NCBI GenBank assembly: GCA_964016885.1
Contig: OZ024745.1
Span: 127,968,001 to 128,032,000, forward strand
Source: Eledone cirrhosa
Lineage: Eukaryota
DNA: 64,000 bases
Reading direction: 5' to 3'
Shown here: positions 46,590 through 61,746 of the stretch, piece by piece
How the letters are laid out: each line of letters begins with the position of its first letter
Numbering within the stretch: position 1 is the first letter of the stretch
Notes under the pieces: generated by a model
What the model saw: only the letters and a program-made list of their open reading frames with translations
Database searches by the model: none
Told to the model about the DNA's origin: nothing
Program-made: the position numbers and the translations under genes

Positions 46590-48099
46590 AGATGATGCAT
46601 GACATACCCTGACATAGTAAGTGGTTAAGATTCAGTATATGGTAGTGAGTAATATATGACAAAACTCAATATTTATATACCTTAATATTGAGAACATGAG
46701 AAAAATATATAATACATACAATAGAGAGGGTGCGTGTGAGACAGCTTAAAAAATACATGGCAACTATATAACTGCAAAAAAATGTTAATTACTGAAGGAA
46801 GAGGAAAGAAAGGAAAGCATAGAGGAAGAAACAGCTGATGGGTTAATATAGATAGTAGGTGCCTCGAAAGACAAAAGAGAGTTGATTACTGAGAGAGAAA
46901 GACAAAGGGGAATAATTTATGTTGAAGTTTTTAGACAATTATGCATATATACAATATATATCTAAACTTATTTGGTTGACCATTAATATTCAAAATATTT
47001 AATTTAAGTTAGTTCAGAGTAATGAATAATATTTTAGGTTTTAAAAGTTAATAGATATCTGTATTAATATTAAAGTATACTATCAAGTTTAATTTCTAAA
47101 ATCAAATTTTATGAAATCAAATTTAAAGGATTTACAAACACGAGAAATAAAACAATGTTTTTACAACCTCGCGAAGGTAAACTTTACCAAAATTATTTAT
47201 AATATTGACAACAGTTTATATAATATAATTTATAAAATAATTACAGTTATAATTATTAAAGAATTTATGATTAACAATTTGAGTGCCTAAAGGATCAACA
47301 GGCCTTATAATTAAACTTAAAGAGGTCTGAATTTTAAATTATATATATGTGTTAATCAAAAAAATATACAAAGATTATATTGTCTAAAGAACTTAAGGTG
47401 ATACCTTTCAAATATACATAACATAATACAATAATACAATATAGTAAATAAGTTACTGAAAATATTGTTAAAAATTAATGTTTTAGATCAATTATTGTAA
47501 CAGGATAATATACTATAAATATATAAGTCAAAACTACATGAGTCCTAAGGATAAGGGCTAGATTCAAAATAAAAAAATAAATAAAAAGTGAAAAATAATG
47601 AATTGTTTGCGAAACATAAAAATGCCCAATATTAACAATATAGTTTAAAATGTAAGACGGTTTTAATATATAGTAGACAAAAGATACTTCTAAAATATCC
47701 AGTGAATGTGATAGAAAGAGGAGCTAAAGACTTGAAAAAGCCGAAGGTAATCTGCCTCCATAAAGCTTTGTCTACATTCTAAGCCTCGCAAAAAGTCAGG
47801 AAAAAACACTAAACAAACAGGCTTTAATTTTTGACGTCTCTTATCAACTGTTGGACCTAAAACGTTATAACAGTTTATAAAACTTTAATAATACTTTATT
47901 TTCTAATCATTTATGATAGAATTAATGTTAGAATGAAGGATCCTGTTTAGGTATATAAACATATTATTTGGTAACTTGTTCTCTGGAGAAATATGCACAC
48001 CTTTGGATTATTTTAGATATTTATAATTTAGATTCGGATCTTTATTTATTTGTCTTTGTTTTAAATATATAATTTGGATATTTAACTTGTAAGATTAGC

Positions 48100-48515
48100 G
48101 GAATTTTAGTCTACGACTTCAGTTATACCATTTACGTGGTTTTGTCTTTGCGTGCAATTGTTCTCCCCGCTCCACATATGACGTATTATCTTCGTTTTTT
48201 CCGTTCATTGCCAGAGAACGTCTCTATGAACCACCTAATAGAATATTAGTCTACGATTTCTTTTATACCATAAACGTGGTTCTGACTTTGCGTGTAATTG
48301 TTTTTCACCGCTCCAAATAATGACGTATTATATTCGTTTTTTCCGTTCATTGCCAGGGAACGTTTCCATGAACCAAAGTATCGTCTTCCTGTCTTCCTCC
48401 GGTTGCAACGTTTTTTGAAATATTCACTTCTGCGTTCACAGATTGACTTTGTTAGTTTCAGAAGATCCCGTTAAGGGTGAAAGCAGCGATTCTTTGCTTA
48501 AACTTTAATCTGTTA

Positions 48516-48522
<7 letters not shown>
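48100..48522 (+). mobile_element. Family D element: two ~140-bp tandem units + relic hammerhead-like terminus, ending in (TA)n
   Basis: Units start at 48101 and 48241; terminus cagaagatcccgttaagggtgaaagc also at 23185 and 56376. Confidence 0.75.
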
Positions 48523-48577
<55 letters not shown>

Positions 48578-48582
<5 letters not shown>

Positions 48583-48870
48583 AAAAAGGGATGAAATCGA
48601 AAATGCAACTGAAGTCTTATTTTTTTTAAAAATATATATATTTATTTGGTTCCTTTACCGGTTTCGCAGTTCTTCTGCTTTTCAAAAGGTGAGTTGAGAT
48701 GGAGGGTCTGTGGTTTTTCTCTGCGAAACCGGTAAAGGAACCAAATAAATATATATATTTTTAAAAAAAATATGACTTCAGTAGCATTTTCGATTTCATC
48801 CCTTTTTCTTTATACTTCCACTCGTGTAGGACACCTCGGTTATTTTTCATTTTGTAAAAAAAAACCTCAC

Positions 48871-48878
<8 letters not shown>
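48578..48878. mobile_element. Family B fold-back element; U3:A8 hammerhead variant at 48652-48689 (-)
   Basis: Minus strand cctt TTGAAAA gcag-aagaa-ctgc GAA ACCGGT A aagg; flanked by (TA)n. Confidence 0.8.
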
Positions 48879-48904
<26 letters not shown>

Positions 48905-48905
48905 T

Positions 48906-49078
48906 CTAGGACGGGTAAAATTCCCGAGATCCATGGACGAGTTCCGTCCAGCGGTCTCTGTCCCTTATTATCGCTGCCATGTCCTGCGTCTCCAACAGAC
49001 CAGTCTCTGTTCTTAGGGCATCAACATACGTTAACCTTGGTCTTCCTCTTCCAGTGTGTCCATGTAGGGGCTCCCACA
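48906..49078 (-). mobile_element. 5'-truncated RTE LINE 3' end
   Basis: [27 protein letters not shown]...RDRWTELVHGSREFYPS*; homolog of 61747-61920. Confidence 0.9.
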
Positions 49079-49155
<77 letters not shown>

Positions 49156-49387
49156 ATGATGTCATGTTTGATGAAGCATCGTCTCTTATATTAACATTGA
49201 TGTCGCTGTTATCGACTCTCACTAATTCCCGCGTCTACGAGAGTGTGTAAGTGTTGCGGGTGTGTATACGGTCTCATATACTTGTACTGCAAGGAGTGTG
49301 AATGTAAATGCGTGTATACATCATAAATACAGAATATTATGAACACACTCATATATATATATATATAAAAGCATGTATGTATGTGTG

Positions 49388-49437
<50 letters not shown>

Positions 49438-49617
49438 AGTATGTGTATATATAATATACACACACACTAGCACACGCAGACACCCACTCACAAACACTTA
49501 TCCTCCTATGTCCACACTCCCATACACACGCATATATAAATAGAGAGAAAGTGAGAAAGGGTTAGTTAGGGGTTAGTTAGATAGATAGATACATAGGTAG
49601 GTAGATAGATAGATAGA

Positions 49618-49657
<40 letters not shown>

Positions 49658-49677
49658 TACATATATATATATATTTG

Positions 49678-49724
<47 letters not shown>

Positions 49725-49742
49725 ATATAGATAGAGAGAGAT

Positions 49743-49811
<69 letters not shown>

Positions 49812-49835
49812 ATGTAGAGAGAGAGAGAGATACAA

Positions 49836-49889
<54 letters not shown>

Positions 49890-49894
49890 TACAA

Positions 49895-49931
<37 letters not shown>

Positions 49932-49936
49932 TACAA

Positions 49937-49979
<43 letters not shown>

Positions 49980-50343
49980 AAGATAAATTGAAAGATAGAT
50001 AGATAGATTCACATGTCTCACTTGCCAGAAGAAATGATAATAAACATCAGCTGTTGTGGCCTTCATGAAACTAAAATATCATAATACTATACAGGGGTTG
50101 TTTACACTTCGGGTCGTTCATTTTGCTTTGCAATAACCCTGTGCGCACGCACACACACACACACACACACTTACACACGTATACACACATACAGATGCAT
50201 ATACGCACACGCACACATAGACACAGAGACACACATGAACACGGACGCACACACGTGCGCGCGCATGCACACATGCACGTCCCCATAACCATATATACAC
50301 GTAAATATATACGCTCGTAGACGCTAATTCACACATTCGCACG

Positions 50344-50387
<44 letters not shown>

Positions 50388-50574
50388 CGGGGGTTGGGGT
50401 GCGAGCGTGTGTTGTCTATAGTCACATATATCCATATACACGTATATATATGCAAATACACATATATATACACACATATATATATGTATTTATATATATA
50501 TATAAATATACATATATATATCTATATATATATATATATGTAAATTTATATATATACGTATATGTATATGTATA

Positions 50575-50668
<94 letters not shown>

Positions 50669-50775
50669 TATATATGTATATATATATATATATGTAAATT
50701 TATATATATATGTATATGTATACACACATATACATATATACATACACACACACACGCGCACACGCTAACACACAG

Positions 50776-50844
<69 letters not shown>

Positions 50845-51159
50845 AATAGCAAAAGTTAAAAACGAAAAAGAAATAGACGAGGCCAAAATTCCATGTTTTT
50901 TTTGTTAGTTGGTGATCTTGTTTAGCCTCAGTTCCCCTTCACTGTTATTGCAGCTATGGTTGTTGTTACTGTTGTTAATGTTGCTGTTTATAATAATACT
51001 ACTGTAGTAGTTGTAGTTGTTGTTGTTGTTGTTGTTGTTGTTGTATGCTGACCTTGCTATTGTTGTTGCTGTCGGAGTCAGTGTTATTGTTTACATTACA
51101 CAAGCACTAGCGTTGATGTTACAGTTTACTACTGCTGCTGATAATGACAACGACACTGT

Positions 51160-51191
<32 letters not shown>

Positions 51192-51595
51192 GTGATGGTG
51201 ATGACGATGATGATGATGATAATGATGATAATAATGATGATAATGATGACGATAATGATGATGATAATGATAATGATGATGATAATGATGATGATGATGA
51301 TGATGATGATGGTGACGATGATGGAGGAGGTGATTCAGGAGGAGGAGCGGGGCGGTGTGGTGAAGTTGTAGGAGGCTGGAGACGATGCAGATGATCCTGC
51401 TGAATGCAGCTGTTTTGTTTCTGTTATTGTTGCATCTGTCGCTGCTAGCCTTAATATTACAATCGTGTCTTCACTCACTGCCACACATACACACGCATTC
51501 GTGCCAACATATACACATGCACGAACGCAGAACTACATCTATATATACGTACATATATATCTATATATATCTATATATATATATATATGTGTGTA

Positions 51596-51651
<56 letters not shown>

Positions 51652-51681
51652 GGTGGGTGGGTGTGTATGTATATATGTATG

Positions 51682-51730
<49 letters not shown>

Positions 51731-51779
51731 CGGCGATGAATTAGTTTTGCGAGGTTTTTGATATGAAATCGTGTGTCGA

Positions 51780-52050
51780 AACAAATATTGTTATACTTGG
51801 GGAGGGTTATATTTGTGTAATATTGCCAGAATTAAAAACAGAACTCACTCACTGTTTGGTTGGTTATCGCTTCTGTGTCTTTTATATTGGTTAATTTAAT
51901 TTATTCGGTCCTCAATGTTGCTATTGACTGACCAACGGTCAAAAATACAGATACAATATAGACACAAACACATATATATAGTTTTTCAAAGTTCTTTCGT
52001 TGCACATCTGCAACATCGTCAGTGGTGCTATTGTTTCCTCCCGTTGCATT
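51780..52050 (-). mobile_element. Family G element with hammerhead core (~51986-52026)
   Basis: Minus strand CTGACGA t gttgca-gatg-tgcaac GAAAgaactt; stem I weak. Confidence 0.6.
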
Positions 52051-52057
52051 GTATTAT

Positions 52058-52296
52058 ATATAATAGAATATTAAAGAAAAAACGAACGCAGATATATAGA
52101 TATATGTGTTCAAAACGTATGGGCCCTGATTCGCTAATGTTTGTATTTATTTTCTTAATTTTTTCTTAAATTGAGACAAGCGAACCCAATTGTCTATAGT
52201 TAGTATTCTTTTCACCTTAGCGAATCAGGGCCCTTGCGATTTGAACACATGTATCTATATATCTGTGTTCGCTTTTTCTTTTATATTCTATTATAA
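52058..52296. repeat. Inverted repeat (~80-bp arms, ~80-bp spacer) next to (TA)n
   Basis: ...gggccctgattcgctaa at ~52121-52138 mirrored by ttagcgaatcagggccc at ~52217-52233, extending outwards. Confidence 0.8.
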
Positions 52297-52375
52297 TATA
52301 CGGCTTAGAAATATCTCTTTCTTAGAGCTATTTTGTTGTAAGAGACTATTTTGAGTTCCTAACTCAATATATACC

Positions 52376-52445
<70 letters not shown>

Positions 52446-52506
52446 TGAGATTACACTCTATACTTAGTTTCATAGATTGCTGCTGACGACGCAGCTTGAA
52501 TCTCAG

Positions 52507-52587
<81 letters not shown>

Positions 52588-52591
<4 letters not shown>

Positions 52592-52779
52592 AAAAAGTAT
52601 GACCCCAACGGAGAGCTCAAGCCATTTCGACGGCTATTTCTGGACTAAATTAGAATTTTTAGCCTGTTGAATAAATAGCCGTCGGGGTCATACTTTTTCC
52701 TATTTCCCAATCTACTACCCTAAGTATTGAGTACTCTGGTGCGTTATGGTCCGTTTGGTTCCTTACTACAATTCAATTG

Positions 52780-52781
<2 letters not shown>
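52588..52781 (+). mobile_element. Family A element with inverted 5' arm
   Basis: Inverted arm 52588-52650 followed by sense 3' part ending in (TA)n. Confidence 0.8.
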
Positions 52782-52845
<64 letters not shown>

Positions 52846-52917
52846 GTATGTGTGTATGTGTGTGTGTGTGTGTGTATGTATATATATACATACACACACA
52901 CACACACACATACACAC

Positions 52918-52949
<32 letters not shown>

Positions 52950-53109
52950 GTATATACATACACTTTGACACAAACATGAATATGTGAGTATGTACTGCAG
53001 TGTGTCTTCGACGATGTATGTATATATCTATGTATGTTTACATACACGTATGTATATATTTCAAAACCAGTAGTAGACATATATAATACTTGCATATATT
53101 CAACATGGA

Positions 53110-53230
53110 GTATAACGCACATTCGCACATTCGCACACTCGCACATTCACACATTCGCACATTCCCACATTCCCACATTCGCACATTCACACACTCGCAC
53201 ATTCACCCTTTCGCACTTTCGCACATTCAC
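53110..53230. repeat. (CACATTCG)n 8-bp tandem repeat
   Basis: Direct inspection. Confidence 0.85.
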
Positions 53231-53530
53231 ATCTCTAGTCATGATGTGTGACAGATGTCAGTTAAACAGACTAACTGTACCAAATAACATCTGAGACGAG
53301 CCTGTTTATGTATACAATCGTTATGACTATGTTATTTATATTTACACCTTGCTATTTCTAAGTCTTTGCTGGTTGGTGTTAGATTGCATCATTAGCAACA
53401 TGATAAAGAGGCGGGAGTAGACGAATGCATACAATTCTTATCGTTCGACCTCCTCACCCCTCTTTCTCTGTTTATATCTCTCTCTCACTCTCTCTCTCCC
53501 CCTCTGTCTCTCTCTCTCTCTCGCTATATA

Positions 53531-53571
<41 letters not shown>

Positions 53572-53646
53572 CTATTTTTATTTATATATATAATATATAT
53601 ATATAAATAGAGATGGGTTGGTCGTATATAAATATATGTATCTATG

Positions 53647-53722
<76 letters not shown>

Positions 53723-53830
53723 CATAAATATATACATATACATAATATATACATGTTTATATATGCGTATACACACACATATATACATGCATATACATGC
53801 ATATACATATATATATATATATAATATATG

Positions 53831-53890
<60 letters not shown>

Positions 53891-53944
53891 AGAGAGGAGA
53901 AGGGCGTATATATATATATGTATATATAAAAATATATATATATA

Positions 53945-54152
53945 TAGGAAAAAGTATGATCCCGACGGCGGACTTCAAGCCGTTTTGACGACTATTTCTT
54001 GACTGAAATAGTCGGTCCAGAAATAGGCGTCGAAACGGCTTGAGCTCTGCCGTCGGGGTCATACTTTTTTCTATTACCCACTCTACTACCCTAAGTACTG
54101 AGTACTCTGGTGCGTTATGGTCCATCTGGTTCCTTACCACAATTCCTTCGTT
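53945..54152 (+). mobile_element. Family A element with fold-back
   Basis: Inverted arm, then gtccagaaataggcgtc GAAACGGC ttgagctct GCCGTC ggggtc ... ccttcgt-(TA)n. Confidence 0.85.
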
Positions 54153-54246
54153 ATATATATATATATATATATATACATAATATATACATGTGTATATATG
54201 CGTATACACACGCAATCACACACACACAGACACAGACACACACACT

Positions 54247-54321
<75 letters not shown>

Positions 54322-54586
54322 CGTGTATATACACTGGCACGCGTATAGTCCGAGAGACATTCAGTGTGATAGCGAGAGAATGTGAAAAACACAGATATAT
54401 GTACTTAGATTTTAAAGTTATTCTCACGATAGTAACTGAGAATCTTTCGGCAAATTTTGACAACAGAGCCGATTAAATAAGCCGTTTTATTAAGTATCTA
54501 TCTAACATGGGTATTTGGCAGGCTGAAATAGCAGCCAAGTCTCCCTGAAATCAGAAGTCTCACAAGCCAAATGTTATTTAAATAAT

Positions 54587-54773
54587 TGTTTCTACTTTTA
54601 GCACAAGGCCAGCAATTATCTCAGTGCATTACTGCTATTTATTTTATCGACCCCGTAAGGATGAAAGGCAAAGTTAACCTCGGCGGGATTTGAACTCAGA
54701 ATGGCAAGGGCCGTAACTCTATGCGTCAAAGCATGGCGTCCGACCCTCTACCGATACTGCCAATCGACCGCCC
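54587..54773 (-). mobile_element. S1 SINE (short subtype) with TSD
   Basis: 13-bp TSD ttatttaaataat at 54574-54586 and 54774-54786. Confidence 0.9.
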
Positions 54774-55355
54774 TTATTTAAATAATGCTGTAATCTCATT
54801 AAAGAATACATTATTTTAATGACTTGGTTAGATAGAAAAGGACAACGCTTATGATGTGTTTCAGTGCCTCCGGAACTACAGGGAGGAAGAAACTGTTTAC
54901 TCAGACTGGAAGAATGAGCCGAATATTTGCAATGAACAGAAGTCTACTAAGGCCACACAAAGGTCACATGGTGGTGTTAAACTTGATGTATTATGTTTAT
55001 CAACTTATGAATGGAAACCCCTTTCTTCTCGGTTGTTTTTACTCCCAAATTTCATTCACATGTCTTTAGTCGATCCGAGGTAAAGTAGCCGAATCCTGCC
55101 CAAAGCAATCGGATCTAACTCCAAAACATGATGTTGTAAAGACAGTCATAGCTTCACCACGTCTGATGAAAAGATAGGATGGTCAATGCTAAACCATATT
55201 TGCCCATACATGCTAAAACCATCGCATATGATCATGTGCGTAATGCTGGATAAATGCTGTTGACATGAAGCCCTCCTTCCTGCTTACAACTGTTAATCAA
55301 CGATACGGAAAAGTAGCTCAATAATTAGCAACTATATGTATATATATATATACAT

Positions 55356-55558
55356 AAATCAGAATGGATAAAGTAAAATCCAGTTAGACCATTACTCACA
55401 AGTGTACTCGATACTTGGTGTCTTGGGGTAGTAGAGTGGGTAATATGAAAGATTCAGGACCCGACGGGTGAGCTTCTCCCGTTTCAACAGCTAGATCTAT
55501 GTTCGGATCTAGCTGTTCAAACGGCAGGAGCTCAGCCGTCGGGGTCCGAATCCTTCAT
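55356..55558 (-). mobile_element. Family A' element with fold-back
   Basis: Centre aacagctagatc-tatgttcg-gatctagctgtt (~55500). Confidence 0.75.
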
Positions 55559-55562
55559 ACAC

Positions 55563-55635
<73 letters not shown>

Positions 55636-55697
55636 CGTGTGTGTGTCTGTGTGTGTATGAATATAAATATAGACCTTATGCTATTCCCGTTAATCTC

Positions 55698-55756
<59 letters not shown>

Positions 55757-55832
55757 CGTGTGTGTGTAAGTGTGTGTAAGTGTGTGTATATATATATAAA
55801 TATCTGTGTGTGTGTGTGTGTATATATATATA

Positions 55833-56565
<733 letters not shown>

Positions 56566-56606
56566 ACCATAGCTATCACTATACACAACTATATATATAT
56601 ATATAT

Positions 56607-56777
56607 CTAAGGCGGGTAAAATTCCCGACATCCATGGACGAGTTCTCTCCAGCGGTCTCTCCCTCATTATCGCTGCCATGTCCTGCGTCTCCAACAGACC
56701 AGTGTCTGTCCTTAGGGCATCAACATACGTTAACCTTGGTCTTCCACTTCTAGTGTGTCCATGTAGGGGTTCCCACA
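56607..56777 (-). mobile_element. 5'-truncated RTE LINE 3' end
   Basis: [38 protein letters not shown]; same extent as 48906-49078. Confidence 0.9.
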
Positions 56778-56785
56778 TATATATA

Positions 56786-56832
<47 letters not shown>

Positions 56833-56877
56833 CTTACGTTTACTTAGCTTCTTGCTACAATACTTTCTATACCCTTC

Positions 56878-56919
<42 letters not shown>

Positions 56920-56959
56920 GATATTAAATAAATGGAAACTATATTTATAAAACCATATT

Positions 56960-57025
56960 TATTTCATTATATATATTTCAGGGATATCATATTAAAAATA
57001 TGGTATGCCTTCTTCAGACAAAATA
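56960..57025 (-). ncRNA. Type-I hammerhead motif (family C) in the inverted arm of element 56918-57270
   Basis: tattttgt CTGAAGA aggcataccatat..atatgatatccct GAA ATATATAT A atgaaata. Confidence 0.65.
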
Positions 57026-57472
57026 CAATATAAACAGTCTTATAAATAGATAGATTTGACATACCTTACAACTTCAACTTCCATTTAAAAAGTTGATTTG
57101 ATTTTTAATATGATATCCCTGAAATATATATAATGAAATAAATATGGTTTTATAAATATAGTTTCCATTTATTTAATATCGTAAATATACTCCAAATACT
57201 TGTTGAGTGCTTTTATATCAGTTATAAATATTTACTCGTTGTAACCCAACAATTTAAATAAAACTTTGCATATATATATATATATATGATATTGTACTGC
57301 GTAGATGGTAGAAATGATTGTGTTTTAATCTGAAATCCCGCCCAGTTTGAGTTTTCCTTTCCTTCTGAAGGAGGAGGGCCATAAAATAATTAACTGACAA
57401 GTTACTGATATCTGTATAATTGCTATATAGTATGGTAATTATTTAACTTGTGTAATCATAAATACATTGGCG

Positions 57473-57513
<41 letters not shown>

Positions 57514-57545
57514 TTGTGTGTGTGTGTGATTCTGTATATCTATAT

Positions 57546-57621
<76 letters not shown>

Positions 57622-60330
57622 GTGTGTGTGTGTATATATTATCTAAATAACATTAAAATTTAAGCAAAGTATCGCTGATTTCAGTCTTCACATTTATTAT
57701 TATTATTATTATTCTCTCTCTCTATATATATATATACATACACACGCACACACATACACCCACACACACATATATATATATAGACATTCATTTAAATACG
57801 AATTATATTTATAGAGAAACAGGAAAATACATTGAGGTAACTCGTCCATTTTCTCTCTTTCTCTCCTTTCAATGGTCTTATGCACATATAGTTTTACTGC
57901 GTTTATGCATGTGTTTGTACGTATTATATATATATATATACATTATATTTATGGATCTATATATATATATACACACACACACAATATATATATATATATA
58001 TATATACGCCTTGTAGCTTATTCAATTATTGCTTTGACTAGTGAAAGATATATCACGTACCATATTCTTTAATCTCAAGAGTGCCTTCAGTGCTACGACC
58101 GGATAATTTATGGCTCATGTCTAAGAAAGACACTCTTCAATTACTATCGCCATTGCCCTTAATAAAAGAGGGATGGTCACTACTACCTCCCATTTCATAC
58201 ACCTCCGCATTTCACTAAGAACACTTTAACTACATTTATTATAGATTTGAAAGTTCATTCTCAAACCAATTAATATTCATCAGATGATTAGGTAGCCGTG
58301 TAGAGGAACCAACCGTAATACCAGCTGCGATGTATCCTGTCATGAATTCTACTTTGTGTAGCTTTCAACGGTGGATCCAACAGAAATAACTAATACTATT
58401 TTGCTCTTCTGAACCCTACCTACCCTGTAGATCAAAATTCTAACAGAAATAGGAGCGACATATCCCCCATATCGAAATCTTGAATTTTTGACAGCTATGT
58501 ATCTCTATTGATTTACTTACTTCTAACCATAAAGTGATATTTTATCATAAACAACTTATTAACAAGCATCTTGGGATATTATCATCTAAAAAATGATGTT
58601 ATAGCCCGAAAACTAAATGAACAGACAGCATCTGTTATTGCTGGTTATAATATGTCTGAAAAAAAAATTGTTGGTTAAACTGGTTGGAATCTCGGTTTGT
58701 GAATAAAGATTCGTCCTCGAAAGTACAATTATGCGGGTGTTGTTTCTTTTTTCTCGGAGTTTTATGTACTAACACTTCTGGTAGAAAGTGAATCATTCCC
58801 TTCAAGACGACTAGAGTTGGTTATTGGGTCACCCCACCCCCCAGTAAATCATGAATTAGTGCGGAAATCATTGTCAGAAGAATGCATGACTAGAACATAT
58901 TAACTGTGATTGCATCAGGAAATAGTATATCAATCATATTTTGCTAAAGTTACCGTGGTCTCACCGTATATTCATAAGTGAAAATACCGCAGAAAAAAAA
59001 TATTTATTAATTCTCATGATGGTACTCACTGTCCATAAAATTTGTAGTTCTAAAGATGGTAGCTCAATGGAAAAACAGGTCTTCATATCATAGTACGTAA
59101 TTAGTTCTCTGTGAAAATGATGGATGAATCATTTCCATGAGGGGAAAATAATCGAGAAGAGAGTGGTTCGAATTAGCGGCAGAATCCATTTGGTTTTAAG
59201 ATAGTATCGCGGTTGGTAGAGTTAAATCAGCATTACTACAGTTGCTTAGTCGGGGGTCAGCTCTACTCCAGTAAATCTATGATCAAAGGGGATAAAATTG
59301 GAACGAAAATCAATATATTAGTGGTAATATATTTAATGAGGTAAGCATCGAAAATTCAATTATAAATATTTATGCGGTGAGAAAGGTAAAACTTTATATT
59401 TTAATCATTTTGGCAAGCTCGGAAGACACGCGTGGGAATGATTTGGTCTTACTTTGACCTCTTTTGTCCGAACTTTTGACTATTGAACAGTATTGATAAA
59501 TTATATATATATATGAACATATATGTTATATATTGTATAAAAGCCATACATAAATTGGAGGCGGGATTTTAATCATCAGTTAAACACCCCTTGTGAGAAA
59601 GTTAGACACCAAGACGACGATCAAACAACATTTAACTAATAAAAGAATGAATAAATACCAATTATTAATAAATAAATAAGAATTCAACAGTTCTTGAATA
59701 ATGTAAAATTTGGACAACAGCAGACCTAAAAACCCCAATGGGGTGTACCATGAAAAAAAGTGCCCCAAAATGGGGAGATTTTACATAATGAAAGCTATAC
59801 CCATTTTCACAAAAACGAGGGGGGGGGGGGTGACAGGTCTGCAACACCCTAAATATTGATGTGGAGAGAGTGCGGGGTTGTGGTTGAGAGAATGAGAATA
59901 GGATGTTACTAAAGTAAAATATATTAAATATATTGACTATTATTAAAAATCAACAACAAATACATAAAAACTGTTAGATCAATGAATACAAGCAAAAATA
60001 CAGACATAATGAAAATGCTAGTGAGCTAAAACAAAACGTCCTTCACGCTCAGTGTTTTAACCACACGACCGGGTGTCCAGCCCGACTATTTCTGTGTCCC
60101 CGCGCATATACATACACATGCATCCATCCATATACACATATACATATACACACATATGTACATGTGTATATTCATATTTACACACTTTTGGAGTTTACGA
60201 GTTCTTCCGCCCTTTGTCAGGTTTTGCTTTTTGTCCTGCAGGGTGTCCAAAATCAATCCCCTCACCAAGTAAACTTGGTGGGGTTGCCGGTTTAGTCGCC
60301 GACGATCCGACCATATATACACACACACAC

Positions 60331-60375
<45 letters not shown>

Positions 60376-60820
60376 TGGAATATCAGAAAACAAAAAACAG
60401 TTAAACGCAGGACTAAACGTTACAAATATTATTAGTTTCGCGCTTATTGAGAGTAGGATATTCATATATATATACATATTCAGAGAGACAGATCGATAGA
60501 TAGCTTGACATCCAGACAGTTAGACAGATCGACAGATAGGTAGATAGATAGATAGATAGAGGAACTTAACCTCAACCTAAATAAGGTGCTGAAAGAACAT
60601 TTAGAGATAAATATATCAAGCAATATGTCAATACATATTTAAGATTTTAATTTCCTTAATTAACTTGAAAGTAAAGCACATTTTAGATGTTATAACGTGA
60701 TGACTGATGTTAAAAGTGAAAATTGTAAGACATATTATCTTGATTACTGTCCTATCAATCAACAGCAATGACAAGCATACAGAAATAAAATCAAACTTAA
60801 TTAAACATTATTATTTTGTC

Positions 60821-61672
60821 GTTCTGGTGAGTTCAAATCCCGCCGAGGTTAACTATGCCTTTCATCCTTGCGGGGACGATAAAATAAAGTACCAGTCACG
60901 CACTGGGTCGATTTAGTCAAGTTTTCCCTCCTCCAATATTGCTGGCCTTCTGCCTATATAAGAAACCATTATTTTGTCGCTCTGGAGAGAATTATACAGC
61001 CCGAGTTTGATTTTATTTGAATCCATTTCGTTTTACTAACATTTCATTCTCCATACATTCACTAATAATAATTGTTTCTACTTGTGGCACAAGGCCAGCA
61101 ATTCACAAGTACATTACTGGTACTTTATTTTATCGACCCCATAAGGATGAAAGGCAAAGTTAACCTCGATGGGATTTGAACTCAGACCGTAAAGGGACGT
61201 AACTATTCTAGAATAGTTACGTCCAACCCTCTACCGATACTGCCGGTTTCTTATATAGGCGCAAGGCCAGCAATTTTGGGGGAAGGGGAAATTCGATTAA
61301 ATCGACCCCAGAGCGTGACTGGTACTTTATCGACTGGTACTTTATCGACCCCGTAAGGATGAAAGGCAAAGTTAACCTCGCCGGGATTTGAACTCAGATC
61401 ATAGAAGGCCGTAACTCTATGCTATAAAGCATCTCGTCCGATCCTCTACCGATACTGCCAATCCGCCGCCCTTTTAAGGTTTCTTATACAAGCACAAGGC
61501 CAGCAATTTTTGGGGAGGAGAAAGTCGATTACATCGACCCCAGTACATTACTGGTGCTTTATTTTATCGACTCCGTAAGAATGAAAGGCAAAACTAACTT
61601 CGGTGGAATTTGAACTCAGAATGTAAATGGTCGTAATTCTATGCCGCAAAACAATGTCCGACACTCTAACGA
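60821..61672. mobile_element. Cluster of four S1 SINEs (60821-60972 +; 61068-61244, 61246-61471, 61479-61672 -)
   Basis: Repeated S1 body with B box and aggatgaaaggcaaagttaacctc segment. Confidence 0.88.
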
Positions 61673-61746
61673 TTTATTTTAGTCGGTCTAGCTTTTATCG
61701 CCTCCCAACCGAGATTATGAAATGTCATGTTATATATATATATATT

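Noticed and set aside
46700-48100. Possible degraded RT ORF upstream of family D
   Set aside because: Only a weak VPKGS-like match; many stops and no YxDD motif seen
49557-49580. Telomere-like ggttag repeats
   Set aside because: Only 2-3 degenerate units grading into (GATA)n
50023-50075. Candidate 49-nt minus-strand exon ([16 protein letters not shown])
   Set aside because: Splice signals are plausible but isolated; no partner exons or homology recognised
51017-51394. ORF with hydrophobic N-terminus and poly-Asp tract
   Set aside because: Derived from adjacent (GTT)n and (GAT)n repeats; no ATG start or convincing splice structure
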